Positions 1-8,895 of a DNA stretch of 64,000 nt are shown here, piece after piece; within the stretch, counting starts at the first letter, position 1; every line of letters starts with the position of its first letter. Position numbers and translations under genes: made by a program. A model generated the notes under the pieces. It was not told the DNA's origin. It worked only from the letters and a program-made list of their open reading frames with translations, and searched no databases. Source of the DNA: Parcubacteria group bacterium (GTDB lineage Bacteria; Patescibacteriota; Minisyncoccia; Moranbacterales; GCA-2747515); NCBI GenBank assembly GCA_041660065.1, contig JBAZXC010000001.1, forward strand, positions 328,535-392,534, in the 5' to 3' direction.

Positions 1-1813
1 GGCGGAATTTCCACACTACCGGATTGTTTCATACGTTTCTTTCCCTTTTTTTGTTTTTCCAATAACTTTCTTTTGCGCGTAATATCACCGCCATAGAGTC
101 CCGCGATCACATCCTTGCGAAATGCACTGATCGTTGCGCGTGCGATCACTTTTGCGCCGATCGTTGCCTGAAGCGCCACGGCAAAGTTTTGTCGCGGAAG
201 TACTTCTTTGAGCTTGTCAACGATTTCTTTGCCGATGTGAAACGCACTTTTTTTCGGTACAATGCGAGAAAACGCATCGATCAATTCCCCGGCAACCATA
301 ATGTCCAATTTGATCAGATCGCTCTTGCGATAGCCCGACATTTCGTAATTCATCGATGCATATCCACTTGAAATACTTTTCAGTTGATCATGGAAATCCA
401 CGATCACTTCCATAAGCGGTGCATTGAAAGTCAGTTGCACACGGTCCGCATCGATATAATTCGTGTTGACATATTCTGCACGCGTTGTGTTCATGAGCTC
501 CATGATATTTCCCAGATATGTGGACGGTGCAATAATATCCAATTTTGCATATGGCTCATGAATTTCCTCGACAATTGATGCATCCGGCAACTCTGCCGCT
601 GAATAAATATCGATCAGTTCATCAGAATTTTTCTTTCGTATTTTATACACGACACTCGGCGTTGTGATCGTCGGTTGCAGACCGAATTCACGATCCAATC
701 GCGCTTGGATGATCTCCAGATGAAGCAGTCCCAAAAAGCCACAACGAAATCCCCGCCCCAAGGCTTGATTGCTCTCCGGCTCAAAACGAAACGCCCCATC
801 ATTGAGTGTGAGTTTATCCATTGCATCCCGCATCACATTGTATTCCCCACCATCCACAGGATAAAAGCTCGCATACACCATCGGTTTGACCACGCGATAC
901 CCGGGAAGCTGTACAATGCGATCATAGTTTTTTTCTTTATTGCTCTGTTTCAATGTGACCGTATCACCAACCCTGCACTCCACAACCGTTTTGAACCCCG
1001 TGGCGATATAGCCGATATCTCCCATCGTGAGCGTGTCGCATGCATCATATTGCGGACGGAAGTGCCCGAGCTCAACGATACCACTATCTTTTTTTGTCGC
1101 CATCATATGAATGTCGTCCCTTTTGGAAATCGCGCCATCCACCACCCGCACATACGCCAAGACACCCTTATACGAATCGTACACGCTGTCAAAGATCAAT
1201 GCGCGAAAATCAGCATTTTCATTTCCCCGCGGTGCCGGCACACGATCGATCACCACTTTCAATAACTCCTCCACGCCCTCGCCCGTCTTCCCGCTCACAG
1301 CCAAAATCTCCTCCTCTTTGCATCCGAGGATATGGATCACTTCTTTCTTTACTTTTTCCACATCCGCATTTGGCAGATCGATCTTGTTGAGCACAGGAAT
1401 GATCTCCAGATCATGCTCCAATGCAAAATAGAGATTGGTCAATGTCTGCGCTTGCACACCCTGTGACGCATCCACAAGCAAGATCGCACCTTCTACAGCT
1501 GCAAGTGATCGTGACACTTCATAGGCGAAATCCACATGTCCCGGCGTATCGATCAAATTCAACGTGTATTCAATTCCTTCCTCTCCCCCTTTCGTAAAGG
1601 AGGATCTGGAGGAGGATTTATATGTATATTTCATCTGTACCGGTTGTAATTTGATGGTAATGCCACGCTCTCGCTCCAAGTCCATCCCGTCCAGCATTTG
1701 CTCCTTCATCTTGCGCTTCTCCACAGTACCGGTCACTTCCAAAAGACGGTCAGCCAACGTAGACTTCCCATGATCGATATGCGCAATAATACAGAAATTT
1801 CGAATATTCTTCA
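1..1813 (-). CDS. lepA: Elongation factor 4 (LepA), C-terminal residues truncated by window start
   Basis: Minus-strand translation from ATG at 1813 reads MKNIRNFCIIAHIDHGKSTLADRLLE..., the GTP-binding motifs and LepA-specific C-terminal domain (…RKKLLEKQKKGKKRMKQSGSVEIP). The ORF runs off position 1, so it is missing from the supplied ORF track. Plus-strand ORFs 189-1431 are shadow ORFs. Confidence 0.9.
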
Positions 1814-1932
1814 TAATAGTTTCAGAGCTACATTACTTATATTATACCAAACAACTAAATACAGCGTCTTTCATCCCTCGAAGCTTTAGCGTAGTGGGAC
1901 AAAAATTTCTAATTTTTTTCATAAAAAATAGC

Positions 1933-2313
1933 TTACGTAATTTTGTTAATCTCTCTTAAAAGTGCCTTATCAAAAGTCTGAACATGATAAAACTTTGTCA
2001 GATACAGAAGTGAGCAATCAACAAAGGAAAGTTTATTGGTCTTCATTTCTTGAAAGACACTCACTGTCCCGACAAAAAAAACATTGTCCGACAAAATGAT
2101 TTCTATCTCATTATTATCCAAAGCAAAACGCAAAAATTTATCAGCGGTTTTTTTATTCACCCGCAAAGATAAAACCGAGCAGATCTCCGCCAGTAAATAT
2201 TCCGGCAGAACAATTTTCTCATCCACATTCTCAAAAATTTCCTTGGCTTTTTTATGCTGATTGTCCGCTTTACTTAAGTAAGCGATCCAAATATTCGAAT
2301 CTAAAATACGCAT
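1933..2313 (-). CDS. PIN-domain protein (VapC-like toxin)
   Basis: 126 aa, MRILDSNIWIAYL… with a PIN-type acidic residue pattern. Lies immediately downstream of a small Phd/YefM-like gene with a 6-nt gap. Confidence 0.55.
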   Translation of the reverse strand: MRILDSNIWIAYLSKADNQHKKAKEIFENVDEKIVLPEYLLAEICSVLSLRVNKKTADKFLRFALDNNEIEIILSDNVFFVGTVSVFQEMKTNKLSFVDCSLLYLTKFYHVQTFDKALLREINKIT

Positions 2314-2319
2314 ACTATT

Positions 2320-2553
2320 CTAGTAAATTTGTTTGTCAATTTTGCTACTCAAATCTTTATCCTTAACAACAAATTGGATTTTCTTTGCATCGCTTAGACT
2401 ATACTGCTTATTGGTCGTATCTTTTATAGGCTCTATCCTGAATATGGGTTTAGAGTTTTTGACAACCAAAAAGGACTGTCCGCGAAGGACTTGATCAGAA
2501 ATCTTTTTGAGATCTTTATATAATTGCTTCACCCCAATAATTTGAGCTTCCAT
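2320..2553 (-). CDS. Phd/YefM-like antitoxin
   Basis: 77 aa. Pattern …LYKDLKKISDQVLRGQSFLVVKNSKPIFRIEPI matches the Phd/YefM antitoxin fold. Adjacent to the PIN gene. Confidence 0.5.
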   Translation of the reverse strand: MEAQIIGVKQLYKDLKKISDQVLRGQSFLVVKNSKPIFRIEPIKDTTNKQYSLSDAKKIQFVVKDKDLSSKIDKQIY

Positions 2554-2649
2554 AAAAATAGGTCGACTAATTATCTAACTATAGTTTAACTTTTATGTGG
2601 GAAATAGTCAATGATTCAAAGCATCTTCTAGTATTATGTATCTTGTTTT

Positions 2650-2728
2650 AAATCTCGCCTCCCCCAAATTGCGCTGTGGTAAGTCAAGGTTTAATGATAT
2701 AATCGAAATAGGTGAATGTTTAAAGTTT
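2650..2728 (+). repeat. Promoter-repeat family copy 1 (core only: TTGCGCTGTG…TGATATAAT)
   Basis: ~85% identical to 3255-3330 and 6712-6790. Contains an extended -10 motif, TGaTATAAT, at 2695-2703. Confidence 0.6.
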
Positions 2729-2787
2729 TTTGAAAAACGCCCTCTGGGAGATTATCCCAGAGAGCGCAACTGCGATGTGAAAAAAGG

Positions 2788-3096
2788 TTATTCGACGGGT
2801 TGAAAATATCCGGACAGATGATCATATCTGGCTTTTGACCCGTCACTAAATGACAACACGACCGGTTCCGCATCTGTCACTTCAGGATGAACATCTGTTA
2901 TCTTGCCAAAAAAATATTTCATCTCTTGCCAAGTTTCAGACCCGAATATTCTCGGCTTTGTCTGCTGTTTGATAGTATTCCAAAAAATCGAAAAATCGAC
3001 CACCTCAACGCTATTATCTTCAACAAACTCACAGAACCTTTCTGCCACTGTTTCCATTTTTACTCCATTGCTCGGTTTGACCACCAACCAAGCCAA
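2788..3096 (-). CDS. hypothetical protein
   Basis: 102-aa ORF between two copies of the promoter-repeat family. No recognisable domain. Confidence 0.3.
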   Translation of the reverse strand: MAWLVVKPSNGVKMETVAERFCEFVEDNSVEVVDFSIFWNTIKQQTKPRIFGSETWQEMKYFFGKITDVHPEVTDAEPVVLSFSDGSKARYDHLSGYFQPVE

Positions 3097-3217
3097 GGCA
3101 TGATTGAAGGAACTAGCCTTAATCCAGAACTTACACTACCATCGTAATTGACTATTATACCAGCTTTTAACAACCGTGTCAAGCCAAAATTCAAATAATT
3201 TCAAAAAATGGCTTACA

Positions 3218-3560
3218 TTAAGGAAAATATTTGTAATTTTCATATCTCGTCCACCCAAATTGCGCTGTGATAAAACAAAGTTTAATGATATAATCAAGAC
3301 AGGTGAATGTTTGAAGTTTTAGCCAATAAACACAGGCGTAACTTCAGATATTCGGAAACGTTATGAAAAATATCGCTTCGCTCATTTTTCATAACGTGCG
3401 CGAATATGCGAAGAGGGCTCAGCAATACATCTCATAACAACGGATATGCGGCATATCGCCCAAATTTTCTGAGCCAGCCACCCTTTGGGATGTCTGTCTC
3501 AGAAAACTTCGCATATTCGCGCACGTTAGACGAAATAAATTTATTTTATTTTTAAATTCG
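3218..3560 (+). repeat. Promoter-repeat family copy 2 (full length: operator-like palindrome + extended -10 promoter + palindromic/structured module)
   Basis: AAGGAAAATATTTGTAATTTTCATATCTCG… TTGCGCTGTG… TGATATAAT at 3286-3294. Downstream is a 36-nt palindrome GTTATGAAAAAT…ATTTTTCATAAC. A perfect 21-bp inverted repeat, AACGTGCGCGAATATGCGAAG (3393-3413) / CTTCGCATATTCGCGCACGTT (3507-3527), encloses a ~93-nt hairpin-rich segment, followed by a T-rich tract. Confidence 0.6.
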
Positions 3561-3666
3561 CTTTTTATAATAAGGAAAAATAAGTTTTTTTTATCTATTT
3601 ATAGAGGGGGAATAAGGTGTTTTTTCTGCTCTGGGAAGGCTGCAGAAAAAAATTAATTAAAAAACT

Positions 3667-4173
3667 ATGAAATTAATTACAATAAATGGACCATGCGGCA
3701 TTGGAAAAAGTACTTTATCGGAAAAAATACATGCCAACATGCCACTTTCTTTTCTTTTAGACATTGATGCCCAAAGAAGATTCATAAGTCAATACAGGGA
3801 GAAAAAAGAAGAAAGCGGTAAGATAATGATGACTATCTCAAAGGCGATAATTAAAAGTTGCCTAGAAGACGATCGCGATATCATTATTGATAAAATAATG
3901 CTTGATAATGATGTTCTTGATTTTTATTATGAAATTGCAAAGATATATGGCGCTGATGTTTATGAAATTATTCTTTGGGCGCCAAAAGAAGTTGTTATGA
4001 AACGTGCTAATGAGCGTGGTTGGCGAGAAGGTGGATTATTGACGCCAGAAAAATGCGAAATATTTTGGGATAAAATTGATGTATTAAAAAATACTCGACC
4101 TCAGGCACATATTATAAACATTGATAAAATGTCTGAGGATGAAACTTATCTTGAGGTAGCTAAAATACTATAA
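3667..4173 (+). CDS. P-loop NTPase / small-molecule or nucleotide kinase (AAA_33/zeta-toxin-like fold)
   Basis: 168 aa. Walker A motif GPCGIGKST at the N-terminus; size and pattern match small P-loop kinases. Confidence 0.6.
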   Translation: MKLITINGPCGIGKSTLSEKIHANMPLSFLLDIDAQRRFISQYREKKEESGKIMMTISKAIIKSCLEDDRDIIIDKIMLDNDVLDFYYEIAKIYGADVYEIILWAPKEVVMKRANERGWREGGLLTPEKCEIFWDKIDVLKNTRPQAHIINIDKMSEDETYLEVAKIL

Positions 4174-4186
4174 TTTTTTTTAGGCT

Positions 4187-4813
4187 ATGATATATCTAAT
4201 TGGTGGTCCTCCAAAATGTGGAAAGACGACACTGGCAAAAACATTATCAAAATCATTGGGAATTCCGTGGGTTTCTACTGACACCCTTCAATGTGTGATT
4301 AAGCCGTACATGAATGAAAGGGATTTTTCAAAAAAATTTCCTACAAGCTATCAGCGCGGTAAAGATAATGATGAAAAATACTCTAAATTTTCATCGAGGG
4401 AAATTATTGAAGCCTATCAACAACAGGCAAAAACTGTTTATGAGGCAGTAGATATGTTCACGGTTTGTGAAATTACTGACGGCAATGATTTTATTATTGA
4501 AGGCTATCATGTTGAGCCTGAGCTTGTTGCAAAACTAAACTTGAAATATCCAGAGAAAATTGAGAGTATTTTTCTTGTGAAATCTGACAAGGAAAAATTT
4601 ATTTGCGATATAAAGAAAAGTACAACCACAAATGATTGGATAATCGCAAGAACAAATAATGAAGAAACTTATCAGAAAATCGCAAACATGATTTGTGAGT
4701 ACGGAAATTTTTTTGAAAAAGAATCTGAAAAGTACGACTTCAAGGTGTTAAATATGGACAATGATTTTGATAATCAGATCAAGGAGGCAATTAATTATTT
4801 AATAACCGCCTAA
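4187..4813 (+). CDS. P-loop kinase (AAA_18/2-phosphoglycerate-kinase-like)
   Basis: 208 aa. Walker A motif GGPPKCGKTTLAKTL. Co-directional and 14 nt downstream of the previous kinase. Confidence 0.6.
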   Translation: MIYLIGGPPKCGKTTLAKTLSKSLGIPWVSTDTLQCVIKPYMNERDFSKKFPTSYQRGKDNDEKYSKFSSREIIEAYQQQAKTVYEAVDMFTVCEITDGNDFIIEGYHVEPELVAKLNLKYPEKIESIFLVKSDKEKFICDIKKSTTTNDWIIARTNNEETYQKIANMICEYGNFFEKESEKYDFKVLNMDNDFDNQIKEAINYLITA

Positions 4814-4823
4814 AATAATTATT

Positions 4824-5117
4824 ATGAATTTTGATTTAAACAACTTAGAAGAGTATTTAAAAGAAAAAATACTACCAGACTTAGAAAATAGTCGCGGTGG
4901 TTTTGACAAAATTCACACATTGGAAGTCGTTGATTGGTTAAAGCAGATTATTCGCCACAATCCTGAATTAGAACTAGACGAAACGGTTTTGCTAATTGCG
5001 GCGTATGCTCATGATTGGGGTTATGCGGGTCTTTTTAGAGACGGGCAGGTGATGAATTCTGAAATAATTGAGAACGCCAAAAAATTGCACATGGAGTTAG
5101 GCGCAAAAAATAATTGA
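4824..5117 (+). CDS. HD-domain phosphohydrolase, N-terminal fragment (interrupted gene)
   Basis: Contains H…HD motifs (HTLEVVDW…AYAHDWGY). Ends at TGA 5115-5117, immediately after an A6 run at 5105-5110. Confidence 0.5.
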   Translation: MNFDLNNLEEYLKEKILPDLENSRGGFDKIHTLEVVDWLKQIIRHNPELELDETVLLIAAYAHDWGYAGLFRDGQVMNSEIIENAKKLHMELGAKNN

Positions 5118-5121
5118 AACC

Positions 5122-5697
5122 TTGCTGAACAATAATTTTTTCTCTTTTTTGACCGATGCGCAAAAATCGCGTTGCGTTCACCTTGTAGCTGTTCATGACA
5201 AGAAGTTTGAAATTAAAGATGTTGACGAAATAATTTTAATGGAAGCTGACGTGTTGAGTGGCTTGGATGTAAATACTGAAAAACCTGTGATAGACGCCAA
5301 ATCTAATATATATCTCATGAAATCGGCGCTTAATGTAAGAATTCCGAAGTTTATTACTGATTTTAGTAGGAATGAGGCGAAAAAACTGCTCCTAGCTAGA
5401 AAAAATTACTATGAGCAAAAAAAGAGAAAGCTAATAAGGAGTTTTGAATTTTTGGCATTCACCCCTGACCCCTCTGCCAAAAATCCAAAACAAAAAAGCT
5501 TATTTAATCTATTTAGAATAAAAAGCGAATTTAAAAATAAAATAAATTTACATCGTCTAACAACCCATATCTGGTTACAGAAATTTGCATCAATGACTAA
5601 TAATAAGGAGTGCAAATTTCTTCCACCCAAATTTTTGCCTTCCCTTTCTTTATATATTACAATAAGGAAGGAAGACAAAAACTTCAGATATGAGTAA
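5122..5697 (+). CDS. HD-domain phosphohydrolase, C-terminal fragment (+1 frame; open from 5101). The 3' part probably reads into the repeat element.
   Basis: The frame is open back to 5101 (AQKIIETLLNNNFF…). Removing one A from the A6 run fuses it to the 4824 ORF. The last ~60 codons are low-complexity and overlap repeat copy 3. Confidence 0.4.
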   Translation: MLNNNFFSFLTDAQKSRCVHLVAVHDKKFEIKDVDEIILMEADVLSGLDVNTEKPVIDAKSNIYLMKSALNVRIPKFITDFSRNEAKKLLLARKNYYEQKKRKLIRSFEFLAFTPDPSAKNPKQKSLFNLFRIKSEFKNKINLHRLTTHIWLQKFASMTNNKECKFLPPKFLPSLSLYITIRKEDKNFRYE

Positions 5698-5770
5698 CGT
5701 TATGAAAAATATCGCTTCGCTCATTTTTCATAACGTGCGCGAATATGCGAAGAGGGCTCAGCAATACATA
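5683..5770 (+). repeat. Promoter-repeat family copy 3 (partial: palindrome + left arm of the 21-bp inverted repeat)
   Basis: CTTCAGATAT…GTTATGAAAAATATCGCTTCGCTCATTTTTCATAACGTGCGCGAATATGCGAAGAGGGCTCAGCAATACAT is near-identical over ~75 nt to 3350-3430. Confidence 0.6.
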
Positions 5771-5875
5771 ACACTGGATATCAGGTTCCGTAAAAAGAAA
5801 TTATTATAGTTTTTTGTTAAAAAACGTAATACTAATATCAACGTACTGACATTAGGAGGATTCATTATGAGTCAA

Positions 5876-6025
5876 GATGGGGATGATAAAATCATCAACG
5901 AAGAGTTAGACAGACTTGAATCTGAAGGTAAAGATGTTGATGATCTACGAAAGTTTTTGCTCGATAAAGACAGAGGCAACTCTTTGGTTGATCCAGAGCT
6001 AGAAAAATACGGATGCTTTGACTAA
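5876..6025 (+). CDS. small acidic hypothetical protein (49 aa; 52 aa if a G-run at 5876-5881 is miscounted)
   Basis: Strong RBS TAGGAGGAT at 5852-5860. The ATG at 5866, which has ideal spacing, is out of frame by one G in a G5 run. A perfect rho-independent terminator follows. Confidence 0.3.
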   Translation, partial: DGDDKIINEELDRLESEGKDVDDLRKFLLDKDRGNSLVDPELEKYGCFD

Positions 6026-6041
6026 GCACAAATGCACAACC

Positions 6042-6086
6042 AAGCCCTGTTTATGAAAATATATAAACAGGGCTTGAATCTTATTT
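6042..6086 (+). terminator. Rho-independent terminator
   Basis: 13-bp perfect stem AAGCCCTGTTTAT / ATAAACAGGGCTT followed by a T-rich tract. Confidence 0.7.
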
Positions 6087-6352
6087 AAGAACGCTATAAT
6101 AATTTCTTTTATTCCATTCAAATATTTGATATTATTTATAAATAATATCAGGGGTATCAAAAACTTTTGATACCGAGAAATATTTTGCAATATCCGCTTC
6201 ACTCATTTTTCATAATACCGAATAGCTGGTTACACAGAAAAAAAATCACAAATATCCTTTCATTTTTAAATAGCCCTTTTTTGAAATTCTTTGAAAAAAG
6301 TCCCCAGCAGAAATAGAATCTGCCAGGGACAAGACGTGGGCTTGCGCGCTGT

Positions 6353-6566
6353 TCACAAAAAAACAGAACGCAGTTCGCCAAATGTGTTTGATCCGCTGCT
6401 TGACGACACTGATGAAAGAACGATCGGAATGAAGATGGGGAGTAACTGCGACATTGGCGTTACATACACCATCGCTTCAGCAGGCACAAAATGTGGCAAG
6501 ACAGTAACGTTGATAATTGCTACCAACGTGTTCCAAACCGCAATCACGAGAAATATTTGTCTCATA
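6353..6566 (-). CDS. small hydrophobic membrane protein (71 aa)
   Basis: RBS AGGAGGG directly upstream of ATG 6566. MRQIFLVIAVWNTLVAIINVTVLP… is highly hydrophobic. The longer tracked ORF (to 6757) runs into the repeat and is unlikely. Confidence 0.3.
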
Positions 6567-6681
6567 TAACCCTCCTTGTATAGTATGTCAGCAGGAAATC
6601 CACTGAACCGTGCATCGTAGCATATTTCAAAGCTTTTGTCCATAGGCGTTTCAAAAAATTTAAAATAAAGACTTATGATAA

Positions 6682-6818
6682 GGAAAATATTTGCAATTTT
6701 CATATCTCGCTCACCCACGTTGCGCTTTGGTAAATCAATGCTTGGTGATATAATCAAAATAATTGGATATTGAAGTTTTGGCCGATATGCACAGGTGCAA
6801 CTTCAGATATTTGAAAAC
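6682..6818 (+). repeat. Promoter-repeat family copy 4 (operator-like palindrome + extended -10 promoter), upstream of the GNAT gene
   Basis: AAGGAAAATATTTGCAATTTTCATATCTCG…TTGCGCTTTG…TGATATAAT at 6746-6754. ~85% identical to 3218-3358. Confidence 0.6.
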
Positions 6819-6843
6819 GTCAATTGAAATTTAATCATCAAAC

Positions 6844-7311
6844 ATGAACAACATTAGAAATAAAAGCATATCTGCAGGTATTAAGATAGAAAAAATGACC
6901 AGAAAAGATCTGCCTATTCTATTTCATTTTGGCAAAGATCAGTGGAAAAAGTCTGATTGGCTTACTATGGAATATTTGCGCTCTTCATTCGAACAGAGCG
7001 GCCCTAGTTATGTGGCAAAAATTGGAGATGATGTGGTTGGCGGCGTGATCTTTGTATATGAAGACATCGTGAGGAACTGGATCCGATATCTGATCATCAA
7101 TAAAAAATTCCGAAGACAAGGGGTTGGGACAGCGTTGCTCCAAAAGATCTTTGAACAAATGAAGTCTGGCGAGAGCATTTTTGTCGATACGGGCGTCAGC
7201 GATAAAGATGCGATCAACTTCTATGAAAAATGCGGCTTCAAAAATCGCGGAATGGTCAAGAGCCTCTATGGAAACGAGCCGGCCTATTTTCTAGAAAAGA
7301 CGTTCAATTGA
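6844..7311 (+). CDS. GNAT family N-acetyltransferase
   Basis: 155 aa. Acetyl-CoA binding motif RRQGVGTALL (Q/RxxGxG/A). Confidence 0.8.
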   Translation: MNNIRNKSISAGIKIEKMTRKDLPILFHFGKDQWKKSDWLTMEYLRSSFEQSGPSYVAKIGDDVVGGVIFVYEDIVRNWIRYLIINKKFRRQGVGTALLQKIFEQMKSGESIFVDTGVSDKDAINFYEKCGFKNRGMVKSLYGNEPAYFLEKTFN

Positions 7312-7383
7312 ATTTCAAACGAAATTTTTGGCAATATTACACAACAAAAATACGTATTAGCCGAGACGCATTAATTTACTGCT

Positions 7384-7833
7384 ATGGAGATGATAAAACA
7401 TTTTACTGCCACTACTTATGTTGTGCACGAAAAGAAAGTGCTTTTGCATTTTCACAAGAAACTTCACATGTGGCTGGCAATTGGTGGTCACATCGAGGAC
7501 AATGAACTTCCCGAGGAAGCTGCCTTACGAGAAATAGCTGAAGAAACCGGTTTGATCGCAACCCTTTATGATCCGGATGGACAAATTGGCGTTAGTGATG
7601 TTGAGCAATTAATTCGCCCGATGCATATCTTGCTTGAAGATATTGGCGGGACGCATAAACATATTGACCTTATCTACTATGCGAGAACTGAGTCCGATGT
7701 ATTAAATCCGCAAGACGGAGAGACCGCCAACATAAAATGGTTCACAACTGATGACATACAAAACCTTGATGCGCCGGAAAATGTAAAGACACTTTCTTTA
7801 GCAGCAATTCTTCTTTTATGCCCTACCGATTAA
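7384..7833 (+). CDS. Nudix hydrolase
   Basis: Nudix box GGHIEDNELPEEAALREIAEETGL (GX5EX7REUXEEXGU). Confidence 0.8.
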   Translation: MEMIKHFTATTYVVHEKKVLLHFHKKLHMWLAIGGHIEDNELPEEAALREIAEETGLIATLYDPDGQIGVSDVEQLIRPMHILLEDIGGTHKHIDLIYYARTESDVLNPQDGETANIKWFTTDDIQNLDAPENVKTLSLAAILLLCPTD

Positions 7834-7837
7834 CATT

Positions 7838-7882
7838 ATACAAAAAATAAAAAGGTCTTTCATGATACTAATGAAAAACCTT
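7838..7882 (-). terminator. Hairpin terminator (minus-strand reading gives a T-run after the stem)
   Basis: 12-bp stem AAGGTCTTTCAT / ATGAAAAACCTT between convergent genes. An A-run lies on the plus side. Confidence 0.45.
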
Positions 7883-7911
7883 TGTGAATCGTAAGGATCG
7901 TCACCTAAATG

Positions 7912-8232
7912 TTAAAAATATTTTTGGTAAGAATTCAGTGTTGTGCCGATATCTCGCGCTTCCCGAAGATACGCATAAATGCTGGGAAGTTTGAATCCCG
8001 GAATGTCCATACTTTCTTCCCCCACTTTGATCTGATACAACGTTTTGCTATCGACACACAATGCTGCCAGTTCCGTTAAGAATTCTTCGATCTTTTCCAC
8101 TGCAATGGCACACCCATGACCATTGATGCCATACAAATGCACTTCTGCGCTACCGTTTTTCGTCGCAACCATCATGACCGCCGGTGGAGTATCTCCTTCA
8201 CTTAAAAACTTGATCGCATCTGAAATATCCAT
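7912..8232 (-). CDS. hypothetical protein
   Basis: 106-aa ORF with no recognisable motif. Confidence 0.4.
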   Translation of the reverse strand: MDISDAIKFLSEGDTPPAVMMVATKNGSAEVHLYGINGHGCAIAVEKIEEFLTELAALCVDSKTLYQIKVGEESMDIPGFKLPSIYAYLREARDIGTTLNSYQKYF

Positions 8233-8316
8233 ATTCTTCTCCTTCTTCTGTTGAATGATCTCGCTATTTTTCGACTATTGCAGTCGTCACGAAAATATCG
8301 TCGATTGACATGCATA

Positions 8317-8691
8317 TTATGCCACAGCCTGACTCTCAAGGAACTTTTGAATATTGACGTCCCATGCGCTGTTTACCCTCGGACAACCATGTTCACATCG
8401 AATAACCTTGTCAGGATTTTTTTGCTTTTCCGATGCACATGCCGGACAGACTACCGACCGACAGATTATCCTGACGTTTGCAAATGCGGGATCCAAATCT
8501 GCAATTATTTTTGGAAGACCATCCTTCACCTCATCCATCGTAGCCGCTAAGAATACCTCTTTGGGACCATCAATCGTCTTGCCACAAAACTGCACGTATT
8601 CCGCCGATGAAGCCTCGGGGAAATTCTGAACGATCTTCAAAAACTCATCTGAGACTGCCACAACCTCAAACCACATTATAGATGATTTCAT
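8317..8691 (-). CDS. hypothetical Cys-rich (CxxC … CEHGC) protein
   Basis: RBS GGAGG upstream of ATG 8691. The tracked longer ORF starts inside non-coding sequence. Motifs CRSVVCPAC and CEHGC suggest a metal-binding site. Confidence 0.45.
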   Translation of the reverse strand: MKSSIMWFEVVAVSDEFLKIVQNFPEASSAEYVQFCGKTIDGPKEVFLAATMDEVKDGLPKIIADLDPAFANVRIICRSVVCPACASEKQKNPDKVIRCEHGCPRVNSAWDVNIQKFLESQAVA

Positions 8692-8895
8692 GCTCTGCCT
8701 CCTTTTTATGAAAATAACTGTATATTTGCAAACGTTAATATAGTATAGGCAAAAAAGTAATGAAAAGTCAATAAAATAATGTGACCGTGGCCAATTTGTG
8801 TTTGACTGCACCATCAAACCCTGATACTGTGCTTATAAAGTTCTTTAACCATATTAACAACATTTCAGCAAATTCCACGGAAAAGAGGAGTCATT

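Noticed and set aside
189-1431. Plus-strand ORFs (189-371, 384-578, 675-1265, 1040-1390, 1111-1431) in the first 1.5 kb
   Set aside because: They are shadow ORFs antisense to lepA. The minus-strand translation is an unmistakable LepA over the full 1-1813 span.
5115-5117. UGA-as-sense (code 25/4) recoding to explain the split HD gene
   Set aside because: Reading through TGA in frame 0 hits TAA seven codons later. All other long genes terminate normally with standard stops, including many TGA. The break is a +1 frameshift in an A6 run.
6291-6569. Plus-strand 92-aa ORF overlapping the small minus-strand membrane protein
   Set aside because: It has no RBS and a low-complexity composition. The minus-strand ORF has a strong RBS and coherent TM hydrophobicity. 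Both are still low confidence.
8317-8817. Long 166-aa version of the CxxC protein, and the long versions of ORFs 10356-10790, 16869-17357 and 23941-24489
   Set aside because: The upstream extensions run through A/T-rich non-coding sequence and lack RBS. Internal ATGs with good RBS and homology-consistent N-termini (GreA MARL…, L10 MLTRQQ…) were preferred.
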